From contig NC_043006.1 in NCBI RefSeq assembly GCF_006345805.1, forward strand, positions 89,218,001-89,282,000: a DNA stretch of 64,000 bases. Direction: 5' to 3'. The stretch's first letter is position 1; each line of letters starts with the position of its first letter. The translations under genes and the position numbers were made by a program. Positions 13,628 through 26,542 of the stretch are shown here, one piece after another. Below the pieces are notes generated by a model, which saw nothing but the letters and a program-made list of their open reading frames with translations, was not told the origin of the DNA and made no database searches. This stretch comes from Octopus sinensis. Its lineage: Eukaryota.

Positions 13628-13669
13628 CTAGCAGTAAAACCTGTCGTTGATCAGGTAATTACGTTTATT

Positions 13670-14030
13670 GAGAGTCTGTAGTGGGGGTGGATGCTCAGAG
13701 AGCATTGTCACTAGAATAAGAATAGCCTGGGCAAAGTTCAGAAAGCTCCTACCTCTACAGGTGACAAAGGGTCTCTAGCTCAGAGTGAAAGGTAGATAGT
13801 ACGATGCCTGTGTGCGAACAGCCATGCTACATGGCAGTGAAACAGGAGCCATGATTGCTGAAGACATGCGTATGTTTGAAAGAAATGAAGCTAGTATGAT
13901 GTTCTGGATGTGTTATGTCAGTGTGCACACATGACAAAGTGTAAGTGCCCTGACAGAAATGTTGGATATAAGAAGCATCAGACGTGGTGTGCAAGAGAGA
14001 CGACTGCGCTGGTACGGTCATGTGCTATGA
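13670..14030 (+). mobile_element. RTE/BovB-like LINE fragment (post-RT region)
   Basis: Homologous to 34890-35230: RIRIAWAKF, LRVKGR.YDACVRTAMLHGSET and RRLRWYGHV. Confidence 0.85.
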
Positions 14031-14292
14031 AACATGAATGAATATACATGTGTGTGTGTGTATTCTTTTAGAGAGAGAGACAGGTAAAAAAATAGCAGCG
14101 CCATTTCTTTAGAATGCTGGTCTGCTGGAGAAAGTGGACAAAACACTCACTTTTATAATTTTCCTTTATCTTTTCTTTCTTTTCACCTTTTACTTGTTCA
14201 GCCATTAGATTGTGACCATGCTGGGGCACCACCTTGAAGAAGTTTTAGACGTACTGACCCCAGAATGTCTTTTTGTTATTTCTACTTGTGGC

Positions 14293-14439
<147 letters not shown>

Positions 14440-14885
14440 ACAGTGTTTAATTGTTCAGAACAGATCTTTGAATAAATAAATGTGGTGGCTGTCATTGTCT
14501 TGAATGCTGACCATTCTTGGCCAAATAGAAAAACAGGAAGATAAATAGAGACAGAAAGCAAGGGGGTGGAGATTGAAACGTGTCAATTTCTTGCAAATTT
14601 TGGCACTTTAGCTCTGGTCACAACTTCCTCATCATTATCATAACCATGTTTACTGTGAAAGTAGACAAAACACCCATGCTTATAAATGAGATGGTGTCTC
14701 AATTATGTTTTGTGGGACAAACAGACAGAAACTCTCTTTCATATTTATATATATATATATATATACAAAAAGCAATAAAGATTCAAGTTAATTTAAATGA
14801 ATTTACTTGAATATGGTACCTAACTTAGATGCACCAAAAAAAACTATACTGTTTTAACAATACAGTAATGCAGGGTGATTATAAG

Positions 14886-15477
14886 CGAGAAAGAAGCAAC
14901 AAGAATGGATAGGTTTTTAGTACAATCGTTTCATACAAGGACAGGCTTTATTAAAGGTTGCAAAAATTACAGCATATAAACGTGTCCCGTACTCATCAGC
15001 TAAAATACATGTGAGTTCTCTAGACATCCTAGTGGTTGAGGCTATACTCATGAAGTAATGTAGATAATTAAGTAACATAAACAGATTTCCAAAGTTCATT
15101 AAAGTTCTTTAAAGATGACGTACAGTCTTATCACAGAATTTTAAAAAGGTTTTAATAGCATCACAGAGAAGGTGACCTAATCCATAGTGCACATATGAAT
15201 TTCCAGAGATATGATGAGGGATTACATACTCACAGAAGACAAATTTATCCATTGTTAATCACAACGAACTTTGGAAATCTGTTTATGTTACTTAATTATC
15301 TACATTACTTCATGAGTATAGCCTCAACCACTAGGATGTCTAGAGAACTCACATGTATTTTAGCTGATGAGTACGGGACACGTTTATATGCTGTAATTTT
15401 TGCAACCTTTAATAAAGCCTGTCCTTGTATGAAACGATTGTACTAAAAACCTATCCATTCTTGTTGCTTCTTTCTCG
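14886..15477. mobile_element. Foldback/MITE-like element with 212-bp inverted arms and a 168-bp spacer
   Basis: 14886-15097 is the reverse complement of 15266-15477, and the ORF track gives identical peptides on opposite strands. Termini are CGAG...CTCG with TA on the right flank, as in the mariner at 31309. The left TA is not clean. Confidence 0.75.
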
Positions 15478-15597
15478 TATATATATATATATATATATAT
15501 ATACTTTATTAATAAAGCTGCAAATACATCTCAAAAACTATTACTCTCTCTCTCTCTCTCTCTCTATTATTCATCGGACAGTTTTGGTTGAAAGAGA

Positions 15598-15644
<47 letters not shown>

Positions 15645-15677
15645 CATAATCTCTCTCTCTATATATATATATCATAA

Positions 15678-17121
15678 TCTCTCTATATATAAAACTGAGA
15701 ATGTGTGTCTGTCTGTCTGTCTGTGTGTTTCCCTAAAACTTGAGAACTACACAACCAATTCCATTCAAAATTTACACATGCCTTACTTAGGGTCCATGTA
15801 GTTTCATGGGCAAAAAAATGTTCAACTGCTTGCCTAGGGCGAGCCCATAGCAATATCATATCTTCTTCACTATTTCAGTATTACGTGTTAAAAGTGAAAC
15901 AAAAACATTTCTGTATTTTATGTCAGATACTTTCACTTTAACAATAAAAATTAGAGATAATAATAACAATTGAATTATATGTAGTAAGTAATAATTAAAA
16001 TCAAACTAAAGTATAATATAATAGTAACATAACAAAAATAAAAATAGCAATTGGTATAAAATTGCATCAATGACTTGAACTTGAATAAGTGCTTTCACAT
16101 GAATGGGAATAAATTAAAAATAAAATTAGCGTGCAGAAATGGAATAGTCCAGATGGACTATTATACATAAGGGACTAAAGCTTCAACTGCGTACTGCTTT
16201 TTGATTCACTGTAAGGTTTGTTGTTATTATTATTACTGTTTAACTATTGTTATCACGTTTGTTGGTTCCTTGTAAGGGAAACATTGTGTTGCATTTGTTA
16301 AATAATTGTAAACTGTAACTCTCCCCCTTTGGGAGAAGGAGATTTGGTTATTGTTTAAAAATTGAATTGTGTCTCTGTTGGGGGAAATTGACAATATTTT
16401 CACCGTTTACACGGAAGCATTTTTGTTAGAATGCCTTTGATAGAAGAAAGTCCAAAAATGAATTTCGCTGCAGCCATTGGCGGGCGCGAACTCATTAAAA
16501 TTAAAATGGAAGAAATACAAACCTATTTCGGATTGATCACCAACAAAGACGGTGAGGATAAGACCACCAAATGAAATAAAAAATTAAATTAAAGAAAAGA
16601 CTATTGTCTATAAAGTATACAATGTAGAGAAAAAAAGAAGATTTGAACACCTGGAGGAAAGCACCATCGAAAAGTGTCTTGATGCGACTATGAAAGATAT
16701 CTAACCAGAGGTGGTAAATTCGCCACAGTAGAAGCAAGGTTCGAGTCAACGGAGCGTGCAAGGGAGTACTCAACTCGAACCTTGCAAAGTGGAAATATTT
16801 TGTTTTCACCTTTATATCTGGGACGTAGGACGTCCTGGATAAAAATTAAAAATGTCCCCCCAGAAGTAGAGGTAGGCTGGATTGTAGCCACACTTCTATA
16901 CAAGAGGGAGGACAAGATACAATTGATCGGAATTGCAAGAGACAGGCTTACAATTCCAGTCTGTTATATATTTTGAGTATTGTTATCACTAGCGATATCA
17001 AGATATAACTTTGTATTTTGTATTTTATGTGTAGATGTATATATATAGATGTACTTGTAATATGTACACATATATACATGCACTAGCACTATGACCCAGC
17101 AACGACGGGTCATAATGCTAG
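15678..17121 (+). mobile_element. Non-autonomous Helitron-like element
   Basis: 5' A|TCTCTCTATATATAAAAC followed by a (CTGT)n tract. The 3' hairpin GACCC-AGCAACGAC-GGGTC lies six bases before CTAG|T. Related 3' ends occur on the minus strand at 13628-13656 and 29936-29964. Confidence 0.7.
16431..16950 (+). pseudogene. Disrupted ORF1 (gag-like) N-terminal fragment of an L1/Tx1-type LINE, lying inside the Helitron-like element
   Basis: Reads MPLIEESPKMNFAAAIG...RGGKFATVEARFESTERAREYSTRTLQSGNILFSPLYLGRRTSWIKIKNVPPEVEVGWIVATLL. The IKNVPP.....I...L signature resembles Tx1/L1 ORF1 RRM-like regions (recognition only). Confidence 0.5.
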
Positions 17122-17899
17122 TATATAAATATATGCATATATTTATTGTACATACCTACATATATATGTATATATACTTACATGCATATATGGGTACAGG
17201 ACATCAAAAATATGTTGAACAAAATGAGAAATGAAAACATAAAAACAAAAACATAGAAACAAACTTTTTGGGGGAACAACGGAAAAAAACAAACAGAGAA
17301 ATGAGACATGCAACATAAAGAATATTCCTCTTCTTCAGTTGTCTCTGTTTCATCTACTCCGCGTTCAAAAGCAAGGACAATACGCAACTTCATTGAGACA
17401 GTCCTTCCTACAAAGCAAATTAAATAAAATTTGGGATTTTTTGCAGAGGGTGAAAGTGGTAACAAGAACAGGACAGTGAGAACAAAACAGTAAAAACAAA
17501 CGGTGAGAGCTGTTAAGCCAAGACAATGGAAAAATTATTATGAATGCTATGAAGACGAGCTTATGAGAGGAGACAGTATAAGCACGTTTTGTCTATATAT
17601 ATATATATATGCACACACACACGTGTGATAATTATTATAGATTAGCAAATATGTATTTCTCCTTGGCAAAGATTTCATTTTTAGAGACAGGGAGAATCTT
17701 TAGAGCATCAAAGAAAATGCTTTGTGGCATTTGTTCTAGCTTGTAACATTTTGGGTTCAAATCTGACTGAAATCAACTTTACATTTCGTTCATTAGGGGT
17801 CAATAACATAAAGAACTACTCAAGTACTAGGATCAATTAATTCAACTAATCACAAATGTTTGGTTGTGTACTTATTTTAGAAAAATTATTATTATTATT

Positions 17900-18110
17900 A
17901 AGGAAGTGAGCTGGTGGAATTGTTACTCTGCTGGAAAAAAAAACATTTAGTGGTATTTCTTCGAACCTTACACTCTGAGTTCAGGTGCCACCAGGGTTGA
18001 CTTTACCTTTCATCCTTTCAAGGTCAATAAATAAGTACCAGTTGAGTACTGAGGTTGATGTAATTAACTTAACCCTCCCCGAAGTTGCTGGCCTTGTGCC
18101 AAATTTTAAA
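17900..18110 (+). mobile_element. tRNA-derived SINE, diverged (a more decayed copy lies at about 17690-17880)
   Basis: GTGAGCTGG head, CTCTGAGTTCA box and GACTTTACCTTTCATCCTTTC...AATAAGTACCAG core. Confidence 0.75.
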
Positions 18111-19068
18111 ATGAATATACTGTTGTCTTATTTTCATTGCATGCTTTCATAGTGAGCAATGCTGTGTGTACTTTGGATATGTGCAGTTTTGGTTTTGCAT
18201 TTTCTATTGTAGTGGAATTACTCTTTCTGTGTTGTGCCTGCCAGATAATACTCTATATGGGTTGTGTATATTTATCTGGCTTGGGCTTGGGGTTATGCAT
18301 GTGCCTTTCCTCCTTGTGTGTGAAGTAGGGAAATTCTATCTATCTACTCATATGTATGTGTGTATGTGTGAGCATGCATGCATGTGTGTGTGTGTGTTTC
18401 ACATTATCCTGTATAAACAATTATGTTCTTGGAGTTGTTGAGGTTTGACAGGGCCTTCTACTTCTTTCAACATTACCTCAGTTATTCAGTTAACTGAGCT
18501 GGGCTTGATCAAATCCTGGTTTACATCCCAGAAGCAATAATCCATGCTCTTTCTACAAATCCATCTAGTAGCTTTCTCTGCAGTTCTTTGTTGCACCAAT
18601 AATTCCATGCCCAGTTATATCTTTGTCAAGAGATTACACCAAAGGTCCACTTTGCAACCCATGTTGATTGGCTCCCAGTGAGCATAGGAACCAGTGGAGT
18701 TATCATTATCATCATTCATTTACCATGGTGACAAGGGTTGGACACTTTGACAGGATCCAATGGGTCCAAGTGCTGTATTGTGCTCCAGTGTCTGCTTTGA
18801 CACAGTTTCTATGGATGGACGCCCTTCTTAAACCCAACCTCTTTACAGCATGTTCTGGGTGCTTTCTTGATGCCACCAACATTAATGAAGTTGTCACATA
18901 GCTTGCAAGACAACAAATCCTAAGGGAGCTGATTTATGCAAGAGGATGAGGGGTAAAAGTATGTGAGAAGGGGCTAGACCAACACAGTTCTGACAACTCA
19001 CAATTTAGAAGAGAGGATGGAAGTGATCTGAGTGAAACTGGGAAACACACATGCGCACAAACTAGAAT

Positions 19069-19482
19069 TATCTTGGGATTATGTTTCATTACTTTAAATT
19101 CTGAATTTGAATTCCAGCAAGGTCACTCTTCATCTGTCATTCTTCCAGAGTTGAGAAAATAAAGTATCATTCAAAGCCAGTGGTTTTCCCTCTCCTCTGA
19201 AAGTTGGAGTATGGCATCTAAGACAAAAACCGACACCATCACCATCATTATTATTATTAGTAGTAGTAGTTGTAGTATCTTGGGATTATGTTTCATTACT
19301 TTAAATTCTGAATTTGAATTCCAGCAAGGTCACTCTTCATCTGTCATTCTTCCAGAGTTGAGAAAATAAAGTATCATTCAAAGCCAGTGGTTTTCCCTCT
19401 CCTCTGAAAGTTGGAGTATGGCATCTAAGACAAAAACCGACACCATCACCATCATTATTATTATTAGTAGTAGTTGTAGTAG
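19069..19482. repeat. Near-identical tandem duplication, period ~207 bp, containing a decayed SINE
   Basis: TATCTTGGGATTATGTTTCATTAC... starts at both 19069 and 19276, and both copies end in a CATCATTATT/TAGTAG low-complexity tract. Confidence 0.9.
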
Positions 19483-19524
19483 CAGTAGTATCATGACAAT
19501 GACTGCAGAAACTCAGGACACAAA

Positions 19525-20105
19525 ATGTTACAAGTCAATAAAAACAAACAACTTGAAAAAAAATATGTGTCTGAAAAATGTAAAGCCTGTGAAACTTGGA
19601 ATGAGACAGTGGCACACATTGTGACAGAATGCCCTAAGTTAGCACAGGAAGAATATAAGAAATGGAGACACAACGAGGCTGTAAGAATTTTGTACTGCAA
19701 ACTGTGCCAGAAATGGTGATTTGAAGCTGGAAATGGTACAATCATCGAGTTAAAAGAATATTGGAGCTGGAGAAATGTAAGATTTTTGTGGGACTTTCCT
19801 ATTCAAGCAGATAAAATGTTAGAAAAGCTAGACATAACAATTATAGATAGGGAAAAGTGAAGTTGCTTACTTATTGACTCATCATGCCCATTCGATTCCA
19901 GGATCATAAAGAAAAAGAAAAAAAAACAAAAACCAAAAAATGCTATCGCTTAAAATTTGAAATAAGAAGAATTTGGAGCAAGCGAACAGTTAAAGGTTGA
20001 GCCTATAATAATTGGTGCATTGGGAACAGTCAGCAAAGATATAGACAAGTGTCTGAAGGAGACTGAAATAAAATGCCCAGTAAAACTTCTAAAGTTTGTC
20101 CCTTA
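19525..20105 (+). mobile_element. R4/Dong-like LINE 3' fragment
   Basis: SEKCKACETWNETVAHIVTECPKLAQEEYKKWRHN, followed by a KI.WDF.IQ.D motif and IIIGALGTV. Confidence 0.85.
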
Positions 20106-20129
20106 GGCATGGGTACCAATTTGTGTGAC

Positions 20130-20592
20130 ACTGGTAACTGTCATGACTGCGATTCTGCTTGGCTTGATAGGTTTTCTTCTCAAGCACAATATATGCCAAA
20201 GGTTTTGGTCATTGCTTCTGTGAGGTCCAAAACGTGAAAAGAACTCAGCCACCTTGCCTCCGTGAGGCCCAACACTCAAAAGGAACTCAGCCACTTTGCC
20301 TCTGTGAGGCCCAGTGCTTTAAAGGAACTCAGCCACTTTGCTTCTGTGAGGCTCAATGTTCAAAAGATGTTATTTATATGCCACCAGCATGGGTGCACTT
20401 GGCTTGTCGGGTCCTCTAAAGCACAGCACATCGCCAAAGGTCTCGGTCACCAGTCATTGCCTTTGTGAGGCTCAAAGTTCAAAGATCATGCTTCACCACT
20501 TCATCCCATGTCTTCTTAGGCCTACCTCTACCACAGGTTTCCTCCACAAAGATTGGCACATCTTTACACAACTGTCCTCGTCCACATGCATC
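20130..20592 (-). mobile_element. RTE/BovB-like LINE 3' fragment with ~4 copies of a 42-bp subrepeat
   Basis: Reverse-complement homology to 35230-35420. The unit TTGCCTC(C/T)GTGAGGCCC..AAAGGAACTCAGCCAC repeats at about 20205-20370. Confidence 0.75.
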
Positions 20593-21825
20593 ATATGAGC
20601 CCAATGTGTAAACAATTCCACTAGCTCATCACCTTACTTTAATAGTGATAATAACAATAACAATAACAACAACGATAATAATAATAATACATACATATAC
20701 AAATAGTAACATATGTAAACATTTGACTCATACTTTAAGAGATGTGGAGCTTGAATATCCACAGAATGTTAGATTTTATAAAATTTTCTTTACCTACATT
20801 TTTATATTGTGTGTGTGTTTATGTGTGTGAACATGAGAGAGTGCATGGAAATGTGTATGTGCATGTATCTATGTATGTGTATACAAGGTAAGATTCATCC
20901 TCATCTTTCTGAAGTTAGTACTTATTCATATCCATCCAACATTTATCAATTTACATTCTTTAAGAGAAAAAAAACAATAAATAAATAAACAAGAATTTAC
21001 ATTAAAAAATGCCAGCTGAATTCACATAGAAGTAAGCAGCAGAATTCTTAATCCAAAGGAAGTTTCAACACAGTTCTCTCATTTCATACTCAGCTAATCC
21101 CACAAGCTTTCTTTGCTGGAAAAAAAGCTGCACTTAGATGGTCTTTTTCTAACAATAGTTGCCTATTTCAGATAAAAAAGCCAGTCAGTTTACTACTATT
21201 GCCAAATAGAATTCTTCTTTGGATAGTTTCAGTAGAATCTTTTAGCTCTGATATTTCCCTATGCTAACAACATTTGTTTGTGGTCGTCAAACACAGAATT
21301 ATTTCATGTTTAAACACATGAACACACAGCCCTTACGAAATACACTTAACTTGCAATTGTCAACCACAGAATTTTCATTTTAAACAGGAAGTTTTAGCTC
21401 TTTTTTTTTTCTCTATTTTCTGTGTATTTATCATTAGTTTTTTTGTTTTTTTTTTGGAACAGTGTTGTTTTGTTAATTGTCAGATGCAGCTAATTTGGAA
21501 AATTAATCTTTTAAGTTTTCTTCTCTGCCAGCTGAGGCAATTTTAGAATATTGACAATTTCTTAGTAATTACTGGTGAAGACAAACCAATACAAAGAAAG
21601 GAGAGATGAAAATTAAAAATCAGCTAATCAAACAGAAATATTTAAAGGTCAAAAAAATTCTTATTTTTAAAATTATGTCTACAGAAATTGTTACATTTAG
21701 AAATGCAGGAAAGGAATAAGAAAGTCAATACATGTAGTAGAACCTTGACTTATGCAAATCACTTGCATGTTAACATACAGGTGTGAAACTCTAAGCAGTG
21801 ATGGGTTTAACCATCAACTTTAGAT

Positions 21826-23870
21826 ATCATCATCATCATCATCATTTAATATCCATTTTCTATGGGTTGCACGGTTTGACCAGAGCTAACAAGCCAAAGA
21901 GCTACACCAGGCATTATTTCTCTGTTTTGGAATAGCTTCTATGGCTGGATGCCCTTCTTTATGCCAACCACTTTACAGAGTAAATTGGGTGCTTTTTGTG
22001 TGGCACCAACACGGGTGCTTTGTACATGGCGCCGACATAGGCACTTTATAGTAAAAGTGCTTCTTATGTGACACCAACAGGTTCACCAAGTAGGTTGTAA
22101 GACAAAGACACCACTCAGGTGGAAGAGGGATTCAAAGTGAGGGATATGGCTTTGTGCCAGGTGAGAGATTTTAGAGGGACAGAGATGGCTGTTTTACTAT
22201 AGAGGGGACACTTGAACATCCCAGTAGGACAGGAAGGAGAGGAAAGAGAGAGAGAGAGTGTTAGGGAGAAAGATAGAGAGTGTTGGAGATGCATCAGGAC
22301 CTACCCACAAAGAACAGTGAAGGGGTCTGTAAGTGGTACAGAGGGAATGTTCATAAGAATGTAAGGGGAGAAGTTTAGAGATAGGAAAGACATAGCAAGT
22401 AAAGGAGAGAGAAAACAGGGTGGCTGGGAGAGGGGGAATATGGAAGTGGGGTGGGGTATGGAGAGAGTACAGATAACCACATGGGGAAGAGTGGCGGGGG
22501 AGGGGTACAGTGGAGAGTAGAATGGGGGATGTTGGGAAGATGGGTTGTAGGGGTGTTTTGATAGAAGACAGATTATGTGTGTATGAGTGGAAGGCATGAT
22601 TGCAAAGGAAAAGCCTCTATGTATGGATGGCCATGATCTTACTTAGCTTGATTCAAGCATGGCAAATCACCAGAGATCTCAGGTTCCTTGCCATTTCTCT
22701 GTGAGGCTCAACATCTGAAGATCATTTGTCACCGCTTCATACCACATCTACTTCCGTGGGTTCCATCTACAATTAGATATTGGCACCTAATGCAGCTGTC
22801 CTCATTCACATGCATCACAAACTTCTTTCTTACACACTACACCCGATGCTTCTTATACCCAATTTTTCTCTTAAATCATTTACACTCTGTTCTACATGCA
22901 CACTGATATTGCCTACCCAGTCGTGCATGCTGGCTTCGTTTCTTTCAAGCCTTTGCATATTCTCTGTAGCTGTGTTTCACTGCTATGTAGCATACCTGTT
23001 CATACACAGACATCATACAATCTGCCTTTCACACTAAGGGTTATAACCTTTGTTACCAACAAAGGTTATGACTCTCTGAACTTTGCCCTGTTCATTCTTA
23101 TTCTAGCAACTCTGCTTTCAGAGCATCCTCCTCTATTGATAATTTGGAGTTGAGGTAATGGAAGCTATCAACTACTTCTAAGGATAATCCTGGACAATTT
23201 GAGGAAGTCTATTTCCTGTACATTCTTTGTGTTTATTGGGTACACCATATTTCTACCTACACCTTTCCTACATATAAAGTAGGGCCATCTCCCTGAAAGG
23301 ATGTGTAATTTGTCTGTTTTCCTGCTTATGAAGACTTTAGCCTTTGCTAAATTAACTCTAGAGCCCTTTGATTCCAGATGTTGCTTCCAGACCTGAAATT
23401 TCTTCTCTTGTTCTTGTGGTTCAGCAATAAGAACAAGGTCATCAGCATAGAACAACTCCCAAATGCAGCCAGTCATAAATTCCTCTGTTATGGCTAGGGG
23501 AACTATCATGAACAATGGGGTGGGGCTGAGAATCAATCCTTTGTGAATTCCTACCTGTACCCTAAATTCCTTACTACACTCATTGCCAACTTTTGCCTTT
23601 CTGATTGCTTCCCTGTACATGGCTTGTACAGCTCTCATCAACCACTCATCTATCCATAACTACCACATTGCATACCAGATAAGGGTCTGGGGGACCCTAT
23701 CAAAGGCTTTCTTCATAACAGCAAAAGCCAAGTACAGAGGTTTATTTTTGGTTAAATGCTTCTCTTGTAATTGCTTTAGAAGGAAGAGAACATCAGTGAT
23801 GCTTCTCCCAAGTACAAGACCTAACTGCATTTCAAAGTGACAAGACTTTTTGAGTTGAGTAACTGGCATT
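21826..23870 (-). mobile_element. RTE/BovB-like LINE, 5'-truncated and decayed, with a (GAT)n tail at the left end
   Basis: Minus-strand ORFs 23168-23641 (RAVQAMYR..FRVQVG..WELFYADDLVLIAE) and 23660-23869 (KPLYLAF..KAFDRVP). The 3' UTR and tail match 35880-36056. The purine-rich stretch 22100-22680 is unassigned. Confidence 0.8.
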
Positions 23871-24499
23871 TGTAATGATGTGACTGAATTGGGGTAACGG
23901 GTGAAGTGTGCATCAAATAGATTGGAAGTTTGAGAGTCTACATCAGTTTTGTTAGAAAACTAGTATTTCTAAGTTTTCATGTAAATTTGATGAGAAGGAA
24001 ATAAACAGGTGGAGGTAGAAATTAGTGTAGTAAGTGAAGAACAAGGGTGAGGTACAGATGATGGGAAATACCAGTAAGCAGAGGGATGAGGTGGAAGACA
24101 TAGAAGTGGCTGAAGAAGAATAGAACAAAAGGTAATTGAACAATGTGTATGGAACTGTAGAAAGGAGGGAGAGATAGGGATACATAAGAGTCTATTGTAG
24201 ATGGTTATGATGATAAATTTGGGAAGGTAACGAAACTGAAAAGCACTCAAGAGAGGTGTTTAGAACAAAAGGAAGAAAAGGATGGTGGATGAAACCATGA
24301 AAAGGAGGTGATTGGTTGGAATGGTGTGGGTCGGGATGATGAGGAATGGAAGTATGTAATATGTGCAATATTGCTCACCAGCAAGTAAACCATAAATGTT
24401 GTGGAGGGAAATGCTTGATCTGACAGAGAGAGAAGAGTAGGGACATGGTCTTGCACATACAAATATATCTGAGTGGTTTTAGGATATTATTTTTGCTGT

Positions 24500-24840
24500 A
24501 ACGGGTAGGTTTTCTTGAGCACAGCAAGATGCCAGTCTTCAAAATCCTTTGTCATCTCCTTTGTAAGGCTCAACATATTGAGATCAGCTCCAATACCTCA
24601 TCCCATGTTCTCCTGAGTCTACCTATTCTATAATTTCCCTCCATGTTAAGTGATGAGCATTTCCTTATGTCCTCAGTCCTCAGTCATGTGATGCATGGGT
24701 CATGCATCACATGACCAAACGAATGCAGTCTCCTCTTTTGCACACTACATCTTACACCGAACAGTTCTCTCAATACATTTGCACATGCACACTAATCTTG
24801 CACACACAGTGAAGCATACTAGCTTAATTCTGCTCTAGTT
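24500..24840 (-). mobile_element. RTE/BovB-like LINE 3' fragment
   Basis: Reverse-complement similarity to 35090-35420 (ERRLR..GHV; G.PR.TWDEV). Confidence 0.65.
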
Positions 24841-25301
24841 TGCAGAATGAAACCTGAATGCTATATGTGTGTGTACATCTATACATACAGACCTACCTTC
24901 CACCCATATGCATACATGGATGTATACATTCAAACACACACACACACACATACACACACCAATATTCTGTACAGTGTGTACCCCAGTTTTTGTGGAATAG
25001 GTAGACCCTATTTCTGCAAGATGCATTCAGGCATAAAACATTACCTCCTGAAGTCACATCTGTCAAAAGAGAAAAGTGAATGACAATGACGACGACAATA
25101 TTGTTAGTATTCAATATAAATATATTAATATTGTCTCACAGTGGCAAAAAAAAAAGTCACAGAGACAAAAAATGCATTAGTTTAGTGTTTAAACTGCTTG
25201 GTCATTGTGATTGCTGTTAATGTACAATACTCAATATTATTAAACTATTTAGTAAAAAAAAAAACAAACAAAACAACAATATATATACTCTTTTTTTTTT
25301 T

Positions 25302-25692
25302 TTACTCTTTTTACTTGTTTCAGTCATTTGACTGTGGCCATGCTGGAGCACCGCCTTTAGTCGAGCAAATCGACCCCGGGACTTATTCTTTGTAAGCCCA
25401 GTACTTATTCTATCGGTCTCTTTTGCCGAACCGCTAAGTTACGGGGACGTAAACACACCAGCATCGGTTGTCAAGCAATGCTAGGGGAACAAACACAGAC
25501 ACACAAACATATTCACACACACTTATATATATATACATATATACGATGGGCTTCTTTCAGCTTCCGTCTACCAAATCCACTCACAAGGCATTGGTCGGCC
25601 CGGGGCTATAGCAGAAGACACGTGCCCAAGATGCCACGCAGTGGGACTGAACCCGGAACCATGTGGTTGGTTAGCAAGCCACTCCTGCACCT
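25302..25692 (-). mobile_element. Full-length tRNA-derived SINE (GGTGCAGGAGTGGC..GGTTCCGGGTTCAGTCCCACTGCGTGGC head; GGCGGTGCTCCAGCATGGCCACAGTC tail)
   Basis: The reverse strand has a pol III B-box-like GGTTCAGTCCC. A second full copy lies at 30405-30745, with partial copies at about 29160, 30085, 39945, 40270 and 58816. Confidence 0.85.
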
Positions 25693-26542
25693 ATATATAT
25701 GATTTATATATATATATATATATATAACTGCAATCACTTTATAGATAAATGGTTTAGTTAGTTTTCAGAAAGTCATTCATATAATAAACACTTGTTTCCA
25801 ACAATATTCTATTCTGTGCATCTCTAAAATTTCCAGAATCTACTATAATACCACGTGAAAATAGATACTAAAAAAACTAATAAAAGTCAATAAAAAAAGA
25901 GCAGAAATGCTTAGTACTAAAATTATTAAATAAAACATTAGATGTACTAATTGAAGACAATAAAGAGATTGCTAAATAAGAAATTAGAGACTTATATGTT
26001 TGTATAACATCTAAACTATCAAAGACTCTAAAAACCAGAAAAAAGAAAAATCTTTTTCTTTTTTTGTGCTGAATTGTTTAAATTTACACACTCTGGTATC
26101 TCATTTATCTTCAATCTATTCAAAGCTTTCATTGTTACTCTTCTTAAAATGGAGAGAGTGTTTCTGGCTTGTTTTGTTTGGTTCTGAAATATCTATTGTC
26201 TATAGTTGTTCAAGAAGAATATTTTTGTTTGCATCAGAAATAAAGAAATATTGCAGAGAGTAACAATCAAACTATCATTATCTCCTTTTACTTCAACTGA
26301 TTAAATGAAAAACAAAAAAAAAGTCATATTTAAGAATCAATTACTCAAATAAAATAATATTTTTTAAAAAATAAATATTTTATCATATTTTTTTTTCGTT
26401 TGTATGTTTTTTAAATACATTTCATATTTCAACAACCTTTTGGAAGAATAAATCTGTGAATAAGTCAGTACCAGTGCCAATTTTATGGAAAGAAGCAAAT
26501 ATGCATGGCAAATAGCAGAAATTGCATCAGTTTATTGATAAT

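Noticed and set aside
17330-17410. Minus-strand degenerate hammerhead (..AATGAAG...GAACGCGGA)
   Set aside because: Both halves of the core are mutated, so it cannot be supported from this copy alone.
26050-26296. Minus-strand exon after a good acceptor (TTTTTCATTTAATCAG), phase-compatible with the 41082 micro-exon
   Set aside because: The frame closes after about 35 codons, the peptide is unrecognisable, and no donor is evident. Phase agreement has a one-in-three chance.
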